Origin: Candidatus Omnitrophota bacterium
Lineage (GTDB): Bacteria; Omnitrophota; Gorgyraeia; B26-G9
Direction of reading: 5' to 3'
Assembly: GCA_043826565.1 (NCBI GenBank)
Contig: JBDRPX010000028.1
Coordinates: forward strand, 16,607-80,606
Length of the DNA stretch: 64,000 nucleotides
Part shown: positions 39,165 through 48,692 of the stretch, in pieces
Numbering within the stretch: position 1 is the first letter of the stretch
Layout of the letters: each line of letters opens with the position of its first letter
Translations under genes and position numbers: made by a program
Notes under the pieces: model-generated
What the model was told of the DNA's origin: nothing
The model's input: the letters and a program-made list of their open reading frames with translations, nothing else
The model's database searches: none

Positions 39165-39411
39165 TAAAACATTAACATTAAAAATTTAGTATAACAAGGC
39201 AGTTTATATATCGCAAAAACACGTCTTTGAGCTAAGTCTGCTGCGGCATCCTGCCTTGCAGCCGCGCGTTCTTACTATTTTGACATCCTTGTCAAAATCA
39301 CGTTCGAAAGCGCCGCTCAAAGAGAATTTTTGCGCTATCTAGTTAGCTTGTACATGTAAACATATATTCAAAATAGTACATGCATTATATATTAGTATTA
39401 AAATTTTTAAG

Positions 39412-39456
39412 TTTTGAATTTAATTTTTGACTTTTGACCTTTGACTTTTGACTTTA
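39412..39456. repeat. Tandem heptamer array (TTTTGAC-like x5) immediately upstream of the priA start
   Basis: 'tttgaatttaatttttgacttttgacctttgacttttgactttactattatg' contains 4 TTGACT -35-like hexamers in a row. Confidence 0.75.
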
Positions 39457-39461
39457 CTATT

Positions 39462-41474
39462 ATGTATATACAGGTTGCGGTAAATCTACCGCTAAAAAAT
39501 ATATTTGATTATTCGGTTCCCGCGGAGATGACCGCGGATATCGCTATTGGTAAGCGGGTCTGGGTGCCTTTTCGTAATCGGACGATCATCGGTTATATCA
39601 TCAGTATCAGCGAGCATACGGATATTCGCCGGACCCGGGCGATAAAAGAAGTGATCGATGAAAAACCTATTCTAGCACCGGATATGCTTAAGCTGACCCG
39701 CTGGATCGCGGATTATTATTTTTGTTCCTGGGGTGAGGCTATTGAAGCAGCTATCCCCGGGCCGTTTAAAAAAGGAAAAACTTCTATACGTCTTCGCGAT
39801 AAAGAAGAAGATGATCTTCCTCAAAAGCAGGAGGTTGCCCGGGGGCGGGAGAATCTTTTAAATGCGCATCAGGGAATTGCCTTAGTAGAAATCATCCAGC
39901 ATATTAATAAAGGTGAATTCGGCGCGTATCTTTTGCACGGGATTACGGCCAGTGGAAAAACCGAAGTATATTTTGGGGCGATTGAAGCGGCTTTGCACAA
40001 AGATAAAACCGCGATCGTGTTTGTCCCGGAAATCGCGCTTACTCCGCAGACTTTAGAACGGTTTGAGCGGTGCTTTGGTAAAGACAAGCTTGCGGTCGCG
40101 CACAGCCGTTTAAGTAATAGCGAAAAATTCATACAGTGGCAGAGGATTAAAAGCGGAGAAGTAAAAATTGTTGTCGGCCCGCGTTCGGCGATATTTACGC
40201 CGTTGGAAAATCTGGGGGTAATTGTTGTTGACGAAGAACATGAAAATACCTATAAACAGGAAGATGTGCCTCGTTATAATCTTGTAACAACAGCTATTAA
40301 GCGGGCGCAGATTTCTCATGCCGTGGTGATCTTAGGCAGTGCTACTCCTTCTTTAGAGTCCGCCTATCGCGCGAAAAAGGGTATTTTAAAATTAATTGAA
40401 TTGCCGGAACGCATAGAGGGCAGTGATCTGCCCACAGTGCAGATAGTGGATATGCGCGGCCAGCGCCGGATTGTAAAACGCCAGCCGATCATATCTAAAA
40501 TTTTAGAGGATAATATTAACCGCTGTTTAAATAAAAAAGAGCAGATAATTCTTTTTCTTAACCGCCGGGGGTTTTCTACATTTATCCACTGCGCAAAGTG
40601 CGGTTATGTGGTGGGGTGTAAACGCTGTAATGTCGCTTTAGTGCATCATTTTGACCGGCAGAATCTTATCTGCCATCATTGTAATTATAAAACATCTTTG
40701 CCGAAAATATGCCCGGAATGTAATAGCGATTACTTGCGTTATGTCGGAGCGGGAACCCAAAAAGTGGAAAGCGAATTACACCGCCTTTTTCCGAACGCGG
40801 CTATCGGCCGGATGGATTCGGATGCTTTAGCGAAAAAGACCGCGCATTTTGAGGCTTTTGAGGATTTTAAATCCCGGAAAATCGATATTATGGTCGGTAC
40901 GCAGGTACTGGCGAAAGGTCTTGATTTTCCCAATGTTACTTTAGTCGGAGTAATATCCGCGGATATTACTTTAAATATCCCGGATTTCCGGGCTTCGGAG
41001 AGGACGTTTTCTTTATTGACGCAGGTTGCCGGCCGGGCCGGCCGCGGAAAAACTCCGGGCAAGGTTATTATCCAGACGTATACTCCGGAGCACTATGCGA
41101 TTCAATGCGCGCTAAAGCATGATTATGATAGTTTCTATAAGCAGGAGATCGTGTTTCGCGAGCAATTAAAACTGCCTCCTTTTGTGGAGATGGTATCCGT
41201 AATGCTGCGTTCGAAAAAAGAAGAGAACGCGATCAAGACCGCGCAAACTTTGGCAAATCTTTTAAGTATTAAAAATAAGGACAAAGGTATTCTGATTATG
41301 GGGCCGTCGCCATTACCGGTGGCCAAGCTGCGCGGATATCACCGCTGGGCCGTGACTTTAAAAGGCGCGGATGTTTTAAAAATGAATAAACTTCTGGAAT
41401 TGTGTTTTGCCAACTGGAAACCTTCATCAACAGTTAAGATGGCGGTGGATGTTGAGCCGCGGATGGTGGTTTAG
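39462..41474 (+). CDS. priA: Primosomal protein N' (replication restart helicase PriA)
   Basis: Walker A 'GITASGKTEVY', DEEH box 'VVDEEHE', Cys-rich zinc-binding insert (CAKCGY..CKRCN..CHHCN..CPEC), helicase motif 'QVAGRAGR'. Confidence 0.9.
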   Translation: MYIQVAVNLPLKNIFDYSVPAEMTADIAIGKRVWVPFRNRTIIGYIISISEHTDIRRTRAIKEVIDEKPILAPDMLKLTRWIADYYFCSWGEAIEAAIPGPFKKGKTSIRLRDKEEDDLPQKQEVARGRENLLNAHQGIALVEIIQHINKGEFGAYLLHGITASGKTEVYFGAIEAALHKDKTAIVFVPEIALTPQTLERFERCFGKDKLAVAHSRLSNSEKFIQWQRIKSGEVKIVVGPRSAIFTPLENLGVIVVDEEHENTYKQEDVPRYNLVTTAIKRAQISHAVVILGSATPSLESAYRAKKGILKLIELPERIEGSDLPTVQIVDMRGQRRIVKRQPIISKILEDNINRCLNKKEQIILFLNRRGFSTFIHCAKCGYVVGCKRCNVALVHHFDRQNLICHHCNYKTSLPKICPECNSDYLRYVGAGTQKVESELHRLFPNAAIGRMDSDALAKKTAHFEAFEDFKSRKIDIMVGTQVLAKGLDFPNVTLVGVISADITLNIPDFRASERTFSLLTQVAGRAGRGKTPGKVIIQTYTPEHYAIQCALKHDYDSFYKQEIVFREQLKLPPFVEMVSVMLRSKKEENAIKTAQTLANLLSIKNKDKGILIMGPSPLPVAKLRGYHRWAVTLKGADVLKMNKLLELCFANWKPSSTVKMAVDVEPRMVV

Positions 41475-42088
41475 GGATTATCAAAGCCTTCTTCCATGAC
41501 TCCGAAGGCGGCGATGTTTTTAAGGATATTTTCCGCTTCCAGATGATGCGGATTAATTTTTAGCAGCATTTGCGCAATAAGCTTTGCTTTTTGATAATCT
41601 TTATCCTGTAAATAAAGTTGAGCCAGTTCCGCGAGTACTTTGAGATTATTATTATTTATTAAGAGCGCTTCTTCAAGCGAAACCTTAGCCAATGCTCTTT
41701 TTTGCTGCTGAATGAAAAGTGTTGCCAACTTATAAAAAGCTGATATATTATCAGGATTAAGCAGTATGATTTTTTGCAGGACAGTAATTGCCGGATCCGG
41801 ATTATTTTTTAATAGTAAAAAAATAAGTTTAAAATTTAAAGTTAAAATTTTTGTTTGTTTGAAGAGCATATTAAAAATTGATGATTTTGAGGTTTTATTG
41901 CTTTCCCGGATTGCGGTCCAGAGATTGTGGAGGCATTCCGGTGAATCAGGATTTGTTTTAAGTACTTCCTGAAATAGTTCCACAGCATAGGCATAATTAT
42001 TTTTTCGTAAAGCAGAAATGCCTTTTTGATAGAACGGATTGTCCTGGATTGAAAAATTTTCACTATTCATGATATAGTATTGTAGCAA
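41471..42088 (-). CDS. TPR-repeat protein
   Basis: Three or more TPR-like units ('YAYAVELFQEVLKTNPDSPECLHNL', 'AFYKLATLFIQQQKRALAKVSLEEALLINNNN'). Convergent with priA; 4-bp end overlap. Confidence 0.6.
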   Translation of the reverse strand: MLQYYIMNSENFSIQDNPFYQKGISALRKNNYAYAVELFQEVLKTNPDSPECLHNLWTAIRESNKTSKSSIFNMLFKQTKILTLNFKLIFLLLKNNPDPAITVLQKIILLNPDNISAFYKLATLFIQQQKRALAKVSLEEALLINNNNLKVLAELAQLYLQDKDYQKAKLIAQMLLKINPHHLEAENILKNIAAFGVMEEGFDNP

Positions 42089-42115
42089 ATAAAGATGAAA
42101 ATTGAAAGATGAGAG

Positions 42116-43057
42116 ATGAAAATTGTATTTTTCGGATCTTCAGAGTTTGCTGTAGAAAGCCTGAAAAAACTTATCGATAAATATGATGTTGTTGCGGTGT
42201 TTACCCGGCCGGATCGTCCCAAGGGCCGGCATTTGCATTTAAGCAAGACTCCGGTTAAAATATATACCGAGGAGAGGGGGCTTACTCTATTGCAGCCGGA
42301 AGATGCCGGCAGTGCGGAATCTATTCTTCAGCTTAAAAGCTATGCCGCGGATTTATTTGTTGTAGTCAGTTACGGAACGATACTTAGTAAACAGGTTTTG
42401 GAAATTCCAGGGCAGTGCTGTATAAATGTGCATGCGTCATTGCTTCCGCGCTGGAGAGGCGCGGCGCCGATCAACCGGGCGGTTATGAGCCGTGATGAGC
42501 AGACCGGCGTTAGTATTATCCGGATGAATGAAGCCATGGATGCCGGAGATGTTATCTTAACCAAAAGCATAAGTATCGGGGAAGATGATTCGATAGTACT
42601 TTTTGATAAACTTGCTAAACTCGGAGCAGAGGCGCTGATCCAGGCCGTTGATCAGATCATTGCCGGAACAGCACAGTTTATTCCTCAGGATGAAAATGAA
42701 ATAACTATTGCGCATAAGCTTAAGAAAAGCGGCGGGCTTATTGATTGGCAGAATAAAGCTCTGGATATTCATAGCCAAGTCCGCGGACTTTTGCCATGGC
42801 CGTGCGCGTTTGCATATTATAAGGAAAAGTTTTTAAAAATTTTAAAAACAAGTGTTGCGGATAGTAATAAAGGTTTTTCGGCCGGAGAGATTATTGCCGC
42901 TGATCAGAAAGAAGGTATTATTGTCGCCTGCGGAGAAGGGGCGATCCTGATCGAGCAATTGCAGATTGAAGGCAGACGGGCAATGTCCGCGCATGATTTT
43001 TTATTAGGACATAAAATGATTCCCGGAGAAAAACTGGGAGATAAATGGGAAAAATAG
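42116..43057 (+). CDS. fmt: Methionyl-tRNA formyltransferase
   Basis: 'KIVFFGSSEFAVESL', 'INVHASLLPRWRGAAPINRAVM', C-terminal Fmt domain. Confidence 0.9.
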   Translation: MKIVFFGSSEFAVESLKKLIDKYDVVAVFTRPDRPKGRHLHLSKTPVKIYTEERGLTLLQPEDAGSAESILQLKSYAADLFVVVSYGTILSKQVLEIPGQCCINVHASLLPRWRGAAPINRAVMSRDEQTGVSIIRMNEAMDAGDVILTKSISIGEDDSIVLFDKLAKLGAEALIQAVDQIIAGTAQFIPQDENEITIAHKLKKSGGLIDWQNKALDIHSQVRGLLPWPCAFAYYKEKFLKILKTSVADSNKGFSAGEIIAADQKEGIIVACGEGAILIEQLQIEGRRAMSAHDFLLGHKMIPGEKLGDKWEK

Positions 43058-43058
43058 T

Positions 43059-44078
43059 ATGCCGGAATTAAGAAAAGATCCTTTAATCGGAAGATGGATA
43101 ATTATTGCCGCAGAACGCGGTAAGCGGCCGCATGATTTTATTGTCGAGCGTAAAGCTCCCAAGGAAGAAGACTGTCCTTTTTGCCAAGGCCAGGAACAGG
43201 AAACTCCTCCGGAAATAACTTCTGTACGGGATAATGGAACTGCTCCGGATTCTCCCGGATGGCAGGTGCGGGTTATCCCGAGTGCCCTGCCGCTAATGCA
43301 GATAGAAGGAGATATGGGGCGGCGCGGTAAAGGGATGTATGATCTTATGAACGGTATCGGGGCTCATGAACTTATTATTGATACTCCGGAGCATATCGCG
43401 AATATCGCGGATTTAGACCAGGAGCAGATCGCTAAGGTTTTTCGAGTATATGCCGAGCGCATGAAAGACTTAGAAGGCGATGAGCGGATAAAGTATGTTT
43501 TGATTTTTAAGAATTACGGCATTATTGCCGGAGCCAGTGCTTTGGGGCATTCCCGGACGCAGTTAATCGCGATGCCGGTCAACCCCCGCCGGGTCAAAGA
43601 AGAACTTGTCGGAGCGAGGCGTTACTATGAGTATCGTGAACGATGTATTTTTTGCGATATGATCAAGCAGGAAATTGATACCGATGCCCGGATCATTGCC
43701 CGGGAAGAAGGGTTTATTGCGATTGCGCCGTACGCCTCACGTTTTCCTTTTGAAATAATGGTTTTGCCGGAGAAGCATTGCTGTGATTTTTATACTATTG
43801 AAAATACGCTTGGTTTAGCAAAAATAATGAAGAAGGTTATGAAAAAATTATCGGTCGGCTTAAAAGATCCGCCGTATAATTATATTATTCATTCCGCGCC
43901 TTTTCGCAGAATGGTTTCCGCGGGTTATTGGAAAACTATTGATTATGATTATCATTGGCATATTGAGATTATGCCGAGATTGACAAAAGTTGCCGGATTT
44001 GAGTGGGGCAGCGGGTTTTATATTAATCCGACTCCGCCGGAACAGGCCGCGGAATTTTTGAAAGGGGTAAGGATTTAA
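43059..44078 (+). CDS. Galactose-1-phosphate uridylyltransferase-family (GalT/HIT-like) nucleotidyltransferase
   Basis: Zn-binding 'CPFCQGQE'. HIT-like 'HWHIEIMP'. 'GAHELIIDTPEH'. Confidence 0.7.
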   Translation: MPELRKDPLIGRWIIIAAERGKRPHDFIVERKAPKEEDCPFCQGQEQETPPEITSVRDNGTAPDSPGWQVRVIPSALPLMQIEGDMGRRGKGMYDLMNGIGAHELIIDTPEHIANIADLDQEQIAKVFRVYAERMKDLEGDERIKYVLIFKNYGIIAGASALGHSRTQLIAMPVNPRRVKEELVGARRYYEYRERCIFCDMIKQEIDTDARIIAREEGFIAIAPYASRFPFEIMVLPEKHCCDFYTIENTLGLAKIMKKVMKKLSVGLKDPPYNYIIHSAPFRRMVSAGYWKTIDYDYHWHIEIMPRLTKVAGFEWGSGFYINPTPPEQAAEFLKGVRI

Positions 44079-44089
44079 ATAATAAGTAA

Positions 44090-44235
44090 TTAATTCAAAA
44101 GTCAAAGGGCAAAAGTCAAAACTACAAGTTAAAATTCAAAATTAAAAAGAAAATAATTTTAAAAAATTTAGTTAACAAAAACTTTTGATTTTTGAATTGA
44201 ATTTTTGAGTTTTGCATTTTAAGTTTTGACTTTAA
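44090..44235. repeat. Long imperfect inverted repeat (about 50-nt arms) built from heptamer units, lying between the two GalT paralogs
   Basis: Left arm 'aaagtcaaagggcaaaagtcaaaactacaagttaaaattcaaaa'. Right arm 'ttttgatttttgaattgaatttttgagttttgcattttaagttttgacttt'. The reverse complement of the right arm aligns with the left arm with a few mismatches; the centre is near 44160. Confidence 0.6.
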
Positions 44236-44236
44236 T

Positions 44237-45265
44237 ATGATAGGAAGAAAAAATATGCAGCAGTTACGACGTGACCCAATTTTAGGCCGATGGATTATTG
44301 TGCATTATGACCGGGAAAAAGGGCCTCAGGATTATCAGGTTGAAGCCGTTAAAAAAGATGACAAAATGAAAGTCTGTCCTTTTTGCCCGGGACATGAGGT
44401 AAAAACTCCCGTGGAAATATATGTAGATAGAACTCCGAAAGCGCATTCGGAAGGCCCGGATTGGAATTTACGGGTTATTGCTAATAAATTTCCCGCGCTT
44501 TGTGTCGAAGGTGATTTATGCCGGGAGGGGTTGGGGATATATGATCAAATGAACGGCGTGGGAGCGCATGAAGTTATTATCGAGACACCGTATCATGATA
44601 AGGACCTGGGTGATTTACCGGTAGCGGATGTTAAAAAAGTCATCCTGGCTTATAAACACAGGTGTCTTGATCTAAAGAGAGATACCCGTTTTCAATATAT
44701 ATTAATATTTAAAAATCATGGAGCTCCGGCCGGAGCTTCTTTAGAACATTCCCATTCCCAGCTGATCGTTCTGCCGATTATGCCGAAAAAGGTTTTGCAG
44801 GCAATACAGGGGGCGGAGAATTATTATAAGTTTAAAGAACGCTGTGTGTATTGCGATATTATCCATCAGGAATTAGAGGATAAAGAGAGGCTGGTTTACG
44901 AGAATAAAAATTTTGTCGCTTTTGCTCCGTTTGCTTCCAGTTCGCCGTTTGAGACCTGGATAATTCCCAAGCGCCATGTTTCCCATTTTTATAATATTTC
45001 CGACGAACTTATCGAAGATTGCGCGGATATGCTGCGGGAGATTCTCTGGAGATTAAAAAAAGTATTGACAGACCCGCCATTTAATTTTATTATTAACACT
45101 GCTCCTATTCAGCGTGAAGAGGAGCTTAGTTTTTATCACTGGCACATAGAGATAGTGCCAAAACTCACCAGAGCTGCCGGGTTTGAATGGGGAACCGGTT
45201 TTTATATAAACCCGAGCCCGCCGGAAAAAGCTGCGCAATGGTTGCGCGAAGCAAAGAAAAAATAG
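44237..45265 (+). CDS. GalT/HIT-like nucleotidyltransferase, tandem paralog
   Basis: 'CPFCPGHE', 'HWHIEIVP', 'GAHEVIIETPYH'. About 45% identity to the upstream copy by eye. Confidence 0.7.
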   Translation: MIGRKNMQQLRRDPILGRWIIVHYDREKGPQDYQVEAVKKDDKMKVCPFCPGHEVKTPVEIYVDRTPKAHSEGPDWNLRVIANKFPALCVEGDLCREGLGIYDQMNGVGAHEVIIETPYHDKDLGDLPVADVKKVILAYKHRCLDLKRDTRFQYILIFKNHGAPAGASLEHSHSQLIVLPIMPKKVLQAIQGAENYYKFKERCVYCDIIHQELEDKERLVYENKNFVAFAPFASSSPFETWIIPKRHVSHFYNISDELIEDCADMLREILWRLKKVLTDPPFNFIINTAPIQREEELSFYHWHIEIVPKLTRAAGFEWGTGFYINPSPPEKAAQWLREAKKK

Positions 45266-45380
45266 CATATAGCGGGTAGCGTTTAGCGGATAGGAAAAAC
45301 CAAAGACACAAAACAAATAATTGTAAAGTTTGTGCTTACCGCGGCCTGTGTAATGTAAACAATGGAGAGGAGGAGTTACA

Positions 45381-46391
45381 GTGGGAGTAAAAATAGGTAT
45401 TAATGGTTTTGGGAGAATCGGGCGTCATGTATTCAAAATAGCATTTGCTAAAAAAGATATCGAGGTGGTGGCGATCAATGATATTACTGACGCGAAGACA
45501 CTTGCGCATCTTTTAAAATATGATTCAATTTACGGCAGATTCGGTAAAGATGTAACCGTTGACGGAGAGGCGATTGTTATCGACGGTAAGAAAATAAAAA
45601 TCTCCGCGGAAAGAGATCCCAAGAATTTGCCCTGGAAAGAATTAGGGGTAGATGTGGTTATTGAATCCACCGGGGTGTTTGTCAAGAAAGAACAATGTAT
45701 GTGGCATGTCGAAGCCGGGGCGAAAAAAGTCATTCTTACAGTTCCGTCCAAGGATAAAGTAGATAATACAATTGTGCTTGGAGTTAATGATGATGATTTA
45801 AGAGCGGAAGATATCGTAGTTTCCAATGCTTCCTGTACAACTAACTGCTTAGCTCCGGTAGCTAAGGTATTACATGATAATTTTGGGATAGTAGAAGGGT
45901 TGATGACAACAATTCACTCTTACACAAATGACCAGAGAATTCTTGATCTGCCGCATTCTGATTTAAGGAGAGCAAGAGCAGCGGCACTTTCGATGATTCC
46001 GACAACAACCGGTGCGGCAAAGGCTGTGGGCTTGGTTATTCCTGCGCTTAACGGTAAGTTAAACGGAATGGCTATTCGGGTGCCGACACCTACCGGGTCA
46101 CTGGTTGATTTGGTAGTTCAGCTGGAAAAAGATGCTTCTATTGAGCAAATTAATGCCGCGGTTAAAGCCGCTGCGGAAGGCCCGATGAAAGGTATTCTTT
46201 ATTATTGTGTGGATCCGATTGTGTCTGCGGATGTCATCGGAGATGCGCATTCTTCAGTTTTTGATTCTATTGCGACAATGAAGATCGGAAAGGGTATGGT
46301 TAAAGTCCTCTCCTGGTATGATAATGAATGGGGATATTCTAATAGAGTAGTAGATCTTATTAGCTTACTGGCTAAAAAGGCCGCCAAGTAG
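45381..46391 (+). CDS. gap: Glyceraldehyde-3-phosphate dehydrogenase (type I)
   Basis: GTG start after RBS GGAGAGGAGGAG. 'INGFGRIGR', active site '[12 protein letters not shown]', 'WYDNEWGYS'. Confidence 0.9.
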   Translation: MGVKIGINGFGRIGRHVFKIAFAKKDIEVVAINDITDAKTLAHLLKYDSIYGRFGKDVTVDGEAIVIDGKKIKISAERDPKNLPWKELGVDVVIESTGVFVKKEQCMWHVEAGAKKVILTVPSKDKVDNTIVLGVNDDDLRAEDIVVSNASCTTNCLAPVAKVLHDNFGIVEGLMTTIHSYTNDQRILDLPHSDLRRARAAALSMIPTTTGAAKAVGLVIPALNGKLNGMAIRVPTPTGSLVDLVVQLEKDASIEQINAAVKAAAEGPMKGILYYCVDPIVSADVIGDAHSSVFDSIATMKIGKGMVKVLSWYDNEWGYSNRVVDLISLLAKKAAK

Positions 46392-46483
46392 AAACTGAAA
46401 GTTTCCAGTGGCGAGCCTCGCCGTGGGTAGCTTCAAAGAGTTAACCCGGCGGGGACATAGATGTTAATAACTAATATATATAA

Positions 46484-46517
46484 GTGCAGAGAATTGATTT
46501 TTCTCTGCACTTTTTTT
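46484..46517 (+). terminator. Rho-independent terminator downstream of gap
   Basis: Stem GTGCAGAGAA / TTCTCTGCAC (10 bp perfect), 7-nt loop, followed by TTTTTTT. Confidence 0.75.
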
Positions 46518-46729
46518 ATAGTACTTTTTTATAGTACTTCTTTTTCAGCAACAGGTTAATGCTTGTTTTGGTAGGATATATTACTTGACAATAATTACAA
46601 TATATGCTATTTTAAAATTGTTTAAAATAGGGGAGTTGTATACGCTCTCAGGAAAATAAAATCCTGCCTTTTCCAGGGATGGGCGTGTTTATATTTAAAT
46701 GGAGTTAATATCTTTTTAATGATTTAGGA

Positions 46730-46981
46730 GTGGACATGGACGATGTATTGACCGCAATGGATGTGGTTAAAGAATTCAACATTTCATATCAAACATTAAA
46801 TCACTATACCAATTTTGGTCTGCTTAACGCGGTTAAAAAAAGAGGCTTAGGCAATAAGCGTTTATATGCCGCATCCGAAGTCAGAAGTAATCTCCAGAGA
46901 ATCGATCAATTAAAAGAAAAAGGATATCCTTTAAAAATCATTGTAGATATCATAAAAGAAAATGATGTTTTACCGGTATAA
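46730..46981 (+). CDS. Small MerR-like HTH DNA-binding protein
   Basis: 'LTAMDVVKEFNISYQTLNHYTNFGLL' is HTH-like. RBS GGAGTGGAC. 83 aa. Low confidence on family. Confidence 0.4.
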   Translation: MDMDDVLTAMDVVKEFNISYQTLNHYTNFGLLNAVKKRGLGNKRLYAASEVRSNLQRIDQLKEKGYPLKIIVDIIKENDVLPV

Positions 46982-47126
46982 CTTGGTATCTTTGTGTATG
47001 CCTGCCGGCTGGCAGGGAAGGAAAGGAATATAAAATGGAGTTTCGTGAGAAACAGTATTCTGTTGTAACATGGTTGAGCTATCCCTTTTTAAAGGGGGCT
47101 GTTCTTTATCTTTTGCGAGGTGAGAG

Positions 47127-47987
47127 ATGAGTTACTATAAAATACTGGGGTTTAATAAAGAGCCGTTTTCTACCAGCCCTGATCCATCCTTTTTTTATGA
47201 ATCCCGGGATCATGAACGGGCACTAACTAATCTGATGATTGAATTGCGGTTAAAGCGCGGCCTGTCGGTTATTTTGGGAGATGTCGGTACGGGCAAGACG
47301 ACTCTCAGCCGTAAGCTTTATCAGCTGATCAGATCCCAGGAAGGGTTTAAATGTCATATGATCCTTGATCCTGTCTATAGCGATGAGGAGATTTTTTTGA
47401 CTTCTCTGGTCAGGAATTTTGAGGTGGAACCGAATAATTTCGGGCCGGCAATCCTGAATCTTAAAGAAGCATTGGAAAAATTTCTTTATCAGCAGGGCGT
47501 AGAAAAAGATCAGACGGTTGTTTTGATTATCGATGAAGCGCAAAAACTTAATGAGGTAACCTTGGAAGCTTTGCGCGTACTTCTTAATTACGAAACAAAT
47601 GAATTTAAACTCCTGCAGCTTGTCTTGCTGGGACAAATGGAATTACATTCAAAGATTATTAATATCCCTAATTTTATTGATCGGATCAGCTTCAAATACA
47701 CTCTTAATCCGCTTGATGGTGAAGAGGTGCGTCAGATGATCGAGTTTCGCGTGCGTCAAGCCGGATACCAGTCAAATATACATTTGTTCCTTGACCGGGC
47801 CATAAAAGAAATACATCGTCACACCGGAGGTTATCCCCGCCGGATCAATATGCTTTGTCATAAATTGCTTAAGCAGTTGGTTATGAAAAACCAGTTTGTT
47901 GTGGATGAATCATTGGTCAAAGAAGTGGTTGAAGAAGAAACGCGCCAAGGGCTGCAATGGATAAGGCACCCTTCGGTAGTCGCATAA
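47127..47987 (+). CDS. ExeA/GspA/MshM-like AAA ATPase (secretin/pilus assembly accessory)
   Basis: 'PFSTSPDPSFFYESRDHERAL' N-terminus. Walker A 'GDVGTGKTTL'. Walker B 'VVLIIDEAQ'. Typical of the AAA_22 ExeA family. Confidence 0.75.
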   Translation: MSYYKILGFNKEPFSTSPDPSFFYESRDHERALTNLMIELRLKRGLSVILGDVGTGKTTLSRKLYQLIRSQEGFKCHMILDPVYSDEEIFLTSLVRNFEVEPNNFGPAILNLKEALEKFLYQQGVEKDQTVVLIIDEAQKLNEVTLEALRVLLNYETNEFKLLQLVLLGQMELHSKIINIPNFIDRISFKYTLNPLDGEEVRQMIEFRVRQAGYQSNIHLFLDRAIKEIHRHTGGYPRRINMLCHKLLKQLVMKNQFVVDESLVKEVVEEETRQGLQWIRHPSVVA

Positions 47988-48014
47988 CCTCAAAAGGTTT
48001 ATAAAATAATTAAA

Positions 48015-48692
48015 ATGGTAAATAAAGATCCTTCTCCGGAAAAACGTTTATTAAAAATAATTGAAGGCAAACAGGATGAGTCGGCGATAGCTTCTACTTT
48101 GCGGCAGAGCAAAAAATTTATCGCGCCCAGCAGTTTAAGAGGAAGGATGTCTTTTCTAAAGGAGAAGTTTAAACGGGGGAAAAAGTCTCCCCGCCGTGCC
48201 GAGGCTTTTGATGTAAAGAAATTTAATGTATTTTTGCAATGCTGTGTTGTGCTTCTGGTTATTGCGCTGGGAGTAAATGTAACTATGGAAATTATTAGTA
48301 TAAATAAGGATCAATTAATTCCCGTGCCTAAGTTCGGCGCGAACGCGAACGCGGAACCGGCACAGATAGTTTCTTTGCTGCAGCCGCAGGATTACTATCT
48401 GCAAAAGGTAACTGACCGGGATCTTTTTAAATTTGGAGATATTCCGAAGAAAAAGGTGGATTTTAAAGAGGATACTCAGCCAAAAATCTCTAAATTGCAG
48501 AGCATGGTGCAAGGATTAAAACTGGTGGGGATTTCCTGGGGCGAGGTGCCGGATGCTATTATTGAGAACGGGAATCTTAATAAAACATATTTTGTCAAAA
48601 AAGGATCTGGAGTTGAAGATATGCAGGTAAAAGATATTTTAAAAGATATGGTAATTTTGAGTTTTGAAGGGGAAGTTTTTGAATTGAAATGA
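48015..48692 (+). CDS. Bitopic inner-membrane protein with a C-terminal PilP/GspC-like secretin-interaction domain
   Basis: Single TM (CCVVLLVIALGVNVTMEIISI). C-terminal 'LKLVGISWGEVPDAIIENGNLNKTYFVKKGSGVEDMQVKDI...VILSFEGEVFEL' resembles the PilP/GspC HR beta-sandwich. Confidence 0.5.
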   Translation: MVNKDPSPEKRLLKIIEGKQDESAIASTLRQSKKFIAPSSLRGRMSFLKEKFKRGKKSPRRAEAFDVKKFNVFLQCCVVLLVIALGVNVTMEIISINKDQLIPVPKFGANANAEPAQIVSLLQPQDYYLQKVTDRDLFKFGDIPKKKVDFKEDTQPKISKLQSMVQGLKLVGISWGEVPDAIIENGNLNKTYFVKKGSGVEDMQVKDILKDMVILSFEGEVFELK

